The position numbers and the translations under genes were made by a program. Shown piece by piece: positions 31,040 to 32,000 of a stretch of 32,000 nt of DNA (its first letter is position 1; each line of letters begins with the position of its first letter). The notes under the pieces are model-generated. The model ran no database searches. It had not been told where the DNA came from and saw only the letters and a list, made by a program, of their open reading frames with translations. The stretch spans positions 3,000,001 through 3,032,000 of the forward strand of contig NC_000962.3 in NCBI RefSeq assembly GCF_000195955.2. Direction: 5' to 3'. The DNA is from Mycobacterium tuberculosis H37Rv. GTDB lineage: Bacteria > Actinomycetota > Actinomycetes > Mycobacteriales > Mycobacteriaceae.

Positions 31040-31537
31040 TCAGCCAACCGGAGCGATCAGCGTCTGACCCACGGCCAATGCCGGTGTCTGCAGGCCGTTG
31101 AGTTCACGGATGCGGTCGGCAACCTGGCGGGTCGGAGCGTTCGGCGCCACCCGGACCGCCACGTCATACAGGGACTCCCCCGTTTCCACCCGTACCACGG
31201 CAAGCCTGTCGGGCACCCGACCGGTCGAATCGGCCGACCCGTCGGCCGAACCGCCGGTGATCATCTGCCCGAACTGCGCCACCAAACCAAGCCAGAGAGT
31301 AATCGCCGCGGCAAGCAGAGCCAGCCCCACCGTCGTGGCCGGCGGGACGGGCCTGCTGCCATGCCCAGTCCTCGACATCCCGACCCCGGTGCGGTGGTAG
31401 CGCAGCGGCGCACCCCCCGGCCTCGATCGGCCGGGCCTGCGCGATTGCGCCGGCTCAGCGCGGCGCCAGCGAGGTCCATCGAGCGGGCCCCGCAGATTGA
31501 GCGGATCGGGGGTATGCGGTGGCCGGACCGGTGTCAT
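31040..31537 (-). CDS. chiZ: LysM-domain cell-wall-associated membrane protein (Rv2719c, ChiZ)
   Basis: 165 aa; one transmembrane segment and [51 protein letters not shown]. Confidence 0.92.
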
Positions 31538-31606
31538 GTTCGCTCCTCCAACTCAGACGGTAATCGCTCGCGTGTTCGACACTGTAGTCACTCATGTGTT
31601 CGATAT

Positions 31607-31622
31607 CCGAACATTTGATCGA
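31607..31622. promoter_or_regulatory. Candidate divergent-region LexA (SOS) box near Rv2719c
   Basis: CCGAACATTTGATCGA, 10/12 fixed positions of TCGAAC-N4-GTTCGA. Confidence 0.5.
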
Positions 31623-31739
31623 AGCGTGTCGCACGCGCAAAACGGTAGACCACACCACCGACACGTTTCGGTTGGAGCCGGACTTCCGGCGCGAAGGCCC
31701 AGCCACTCCTCGTGCCCTCCCGCGACCGGAACACGCCTG

Positions 31740-31755
31740 TCGAACACATGTTTGA
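31740..31755. promoter_or_regulatory. LexA (SOS) box upstream of lexA
   Basis: TCGAACACATGTTTGA, 11/12 fixed positions of TCGAAC-N4-GTTCGA, about 32 bp upstream of the lexA ATG. Confidence 0.88.
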
Positions 31756-31787
31756 TTCTTGGTGCGAATGCGACTACATTCATTGCC

Positions 31788-32000
31788 ATGAACGACAGCA
31801 ACGACACCTCGGTTGCCGGCGGAGCCGCTGGTGCGGACAGCCGGGTGCTGTCCGCAGATTCGGCGCTGACCGAGCGGCAACGCACTATTCTCGACGTCAT
31901 CCGCGCGTCGGTCACTAGCCGCGGATATCCGCCGAGCATCCGGGAAATCGGCGACGCCGTTGGTCTGACGTCGACGTCTTCGGTGGCGCACCAGCTGCGC
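31788..32000 (+). CDS. lexA: LexA repressor, 5' part, truncated by window edge (Rv2720)
   Basis: [71 protein letters not shown] winged-helix N-terminus; no stop before the window end. Confidence 0.95.

Overview
This window looks like a Mycobacterium tuberculosis complex chromosome segment, matching from memory the gene order Rv2683 to Rv2720 (arsA/arsB1 through ceoB/ceoC, dut, suhB, ppgK, sigA, sigB, ideR, sthA, nrdR, Rv2719c and the start of lexA). I identified it from protein sequences, gene order and ORF lengths, not from a database search. It is dense core genome. I see no CRISPR array, IS element, prophage, toxin-antitoxin pair, tRNA or rRNA, and no strong candidate for an undescribed multi-gene system. 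The observations worth a second look are small. They are: a 53-bp tandem repeat (MIRU27-like, 3 full copies plus a partial) between Rv2690c and Rv2689c that supplies the likely start codon of Rv2689c; a MIRU-like remnant at the dut stop codon; a structured intergenic region between Rv2695 and Rv2696c; a palindromic CRP-type site between Rv2699c and Rv2700; a perfect 15-bp-stem hairpin after sigB and a second strong hairpin directly after the sthA stop; SOS boxes at Rv2719c/lexA; a SigE/SigH-type promoter before sigB; and a convincing 62-aa zinc-ribbon-like small ORF. One ORF-track entry (3280..4302) is labelled '+' but its protein is encoded on the minus strand.
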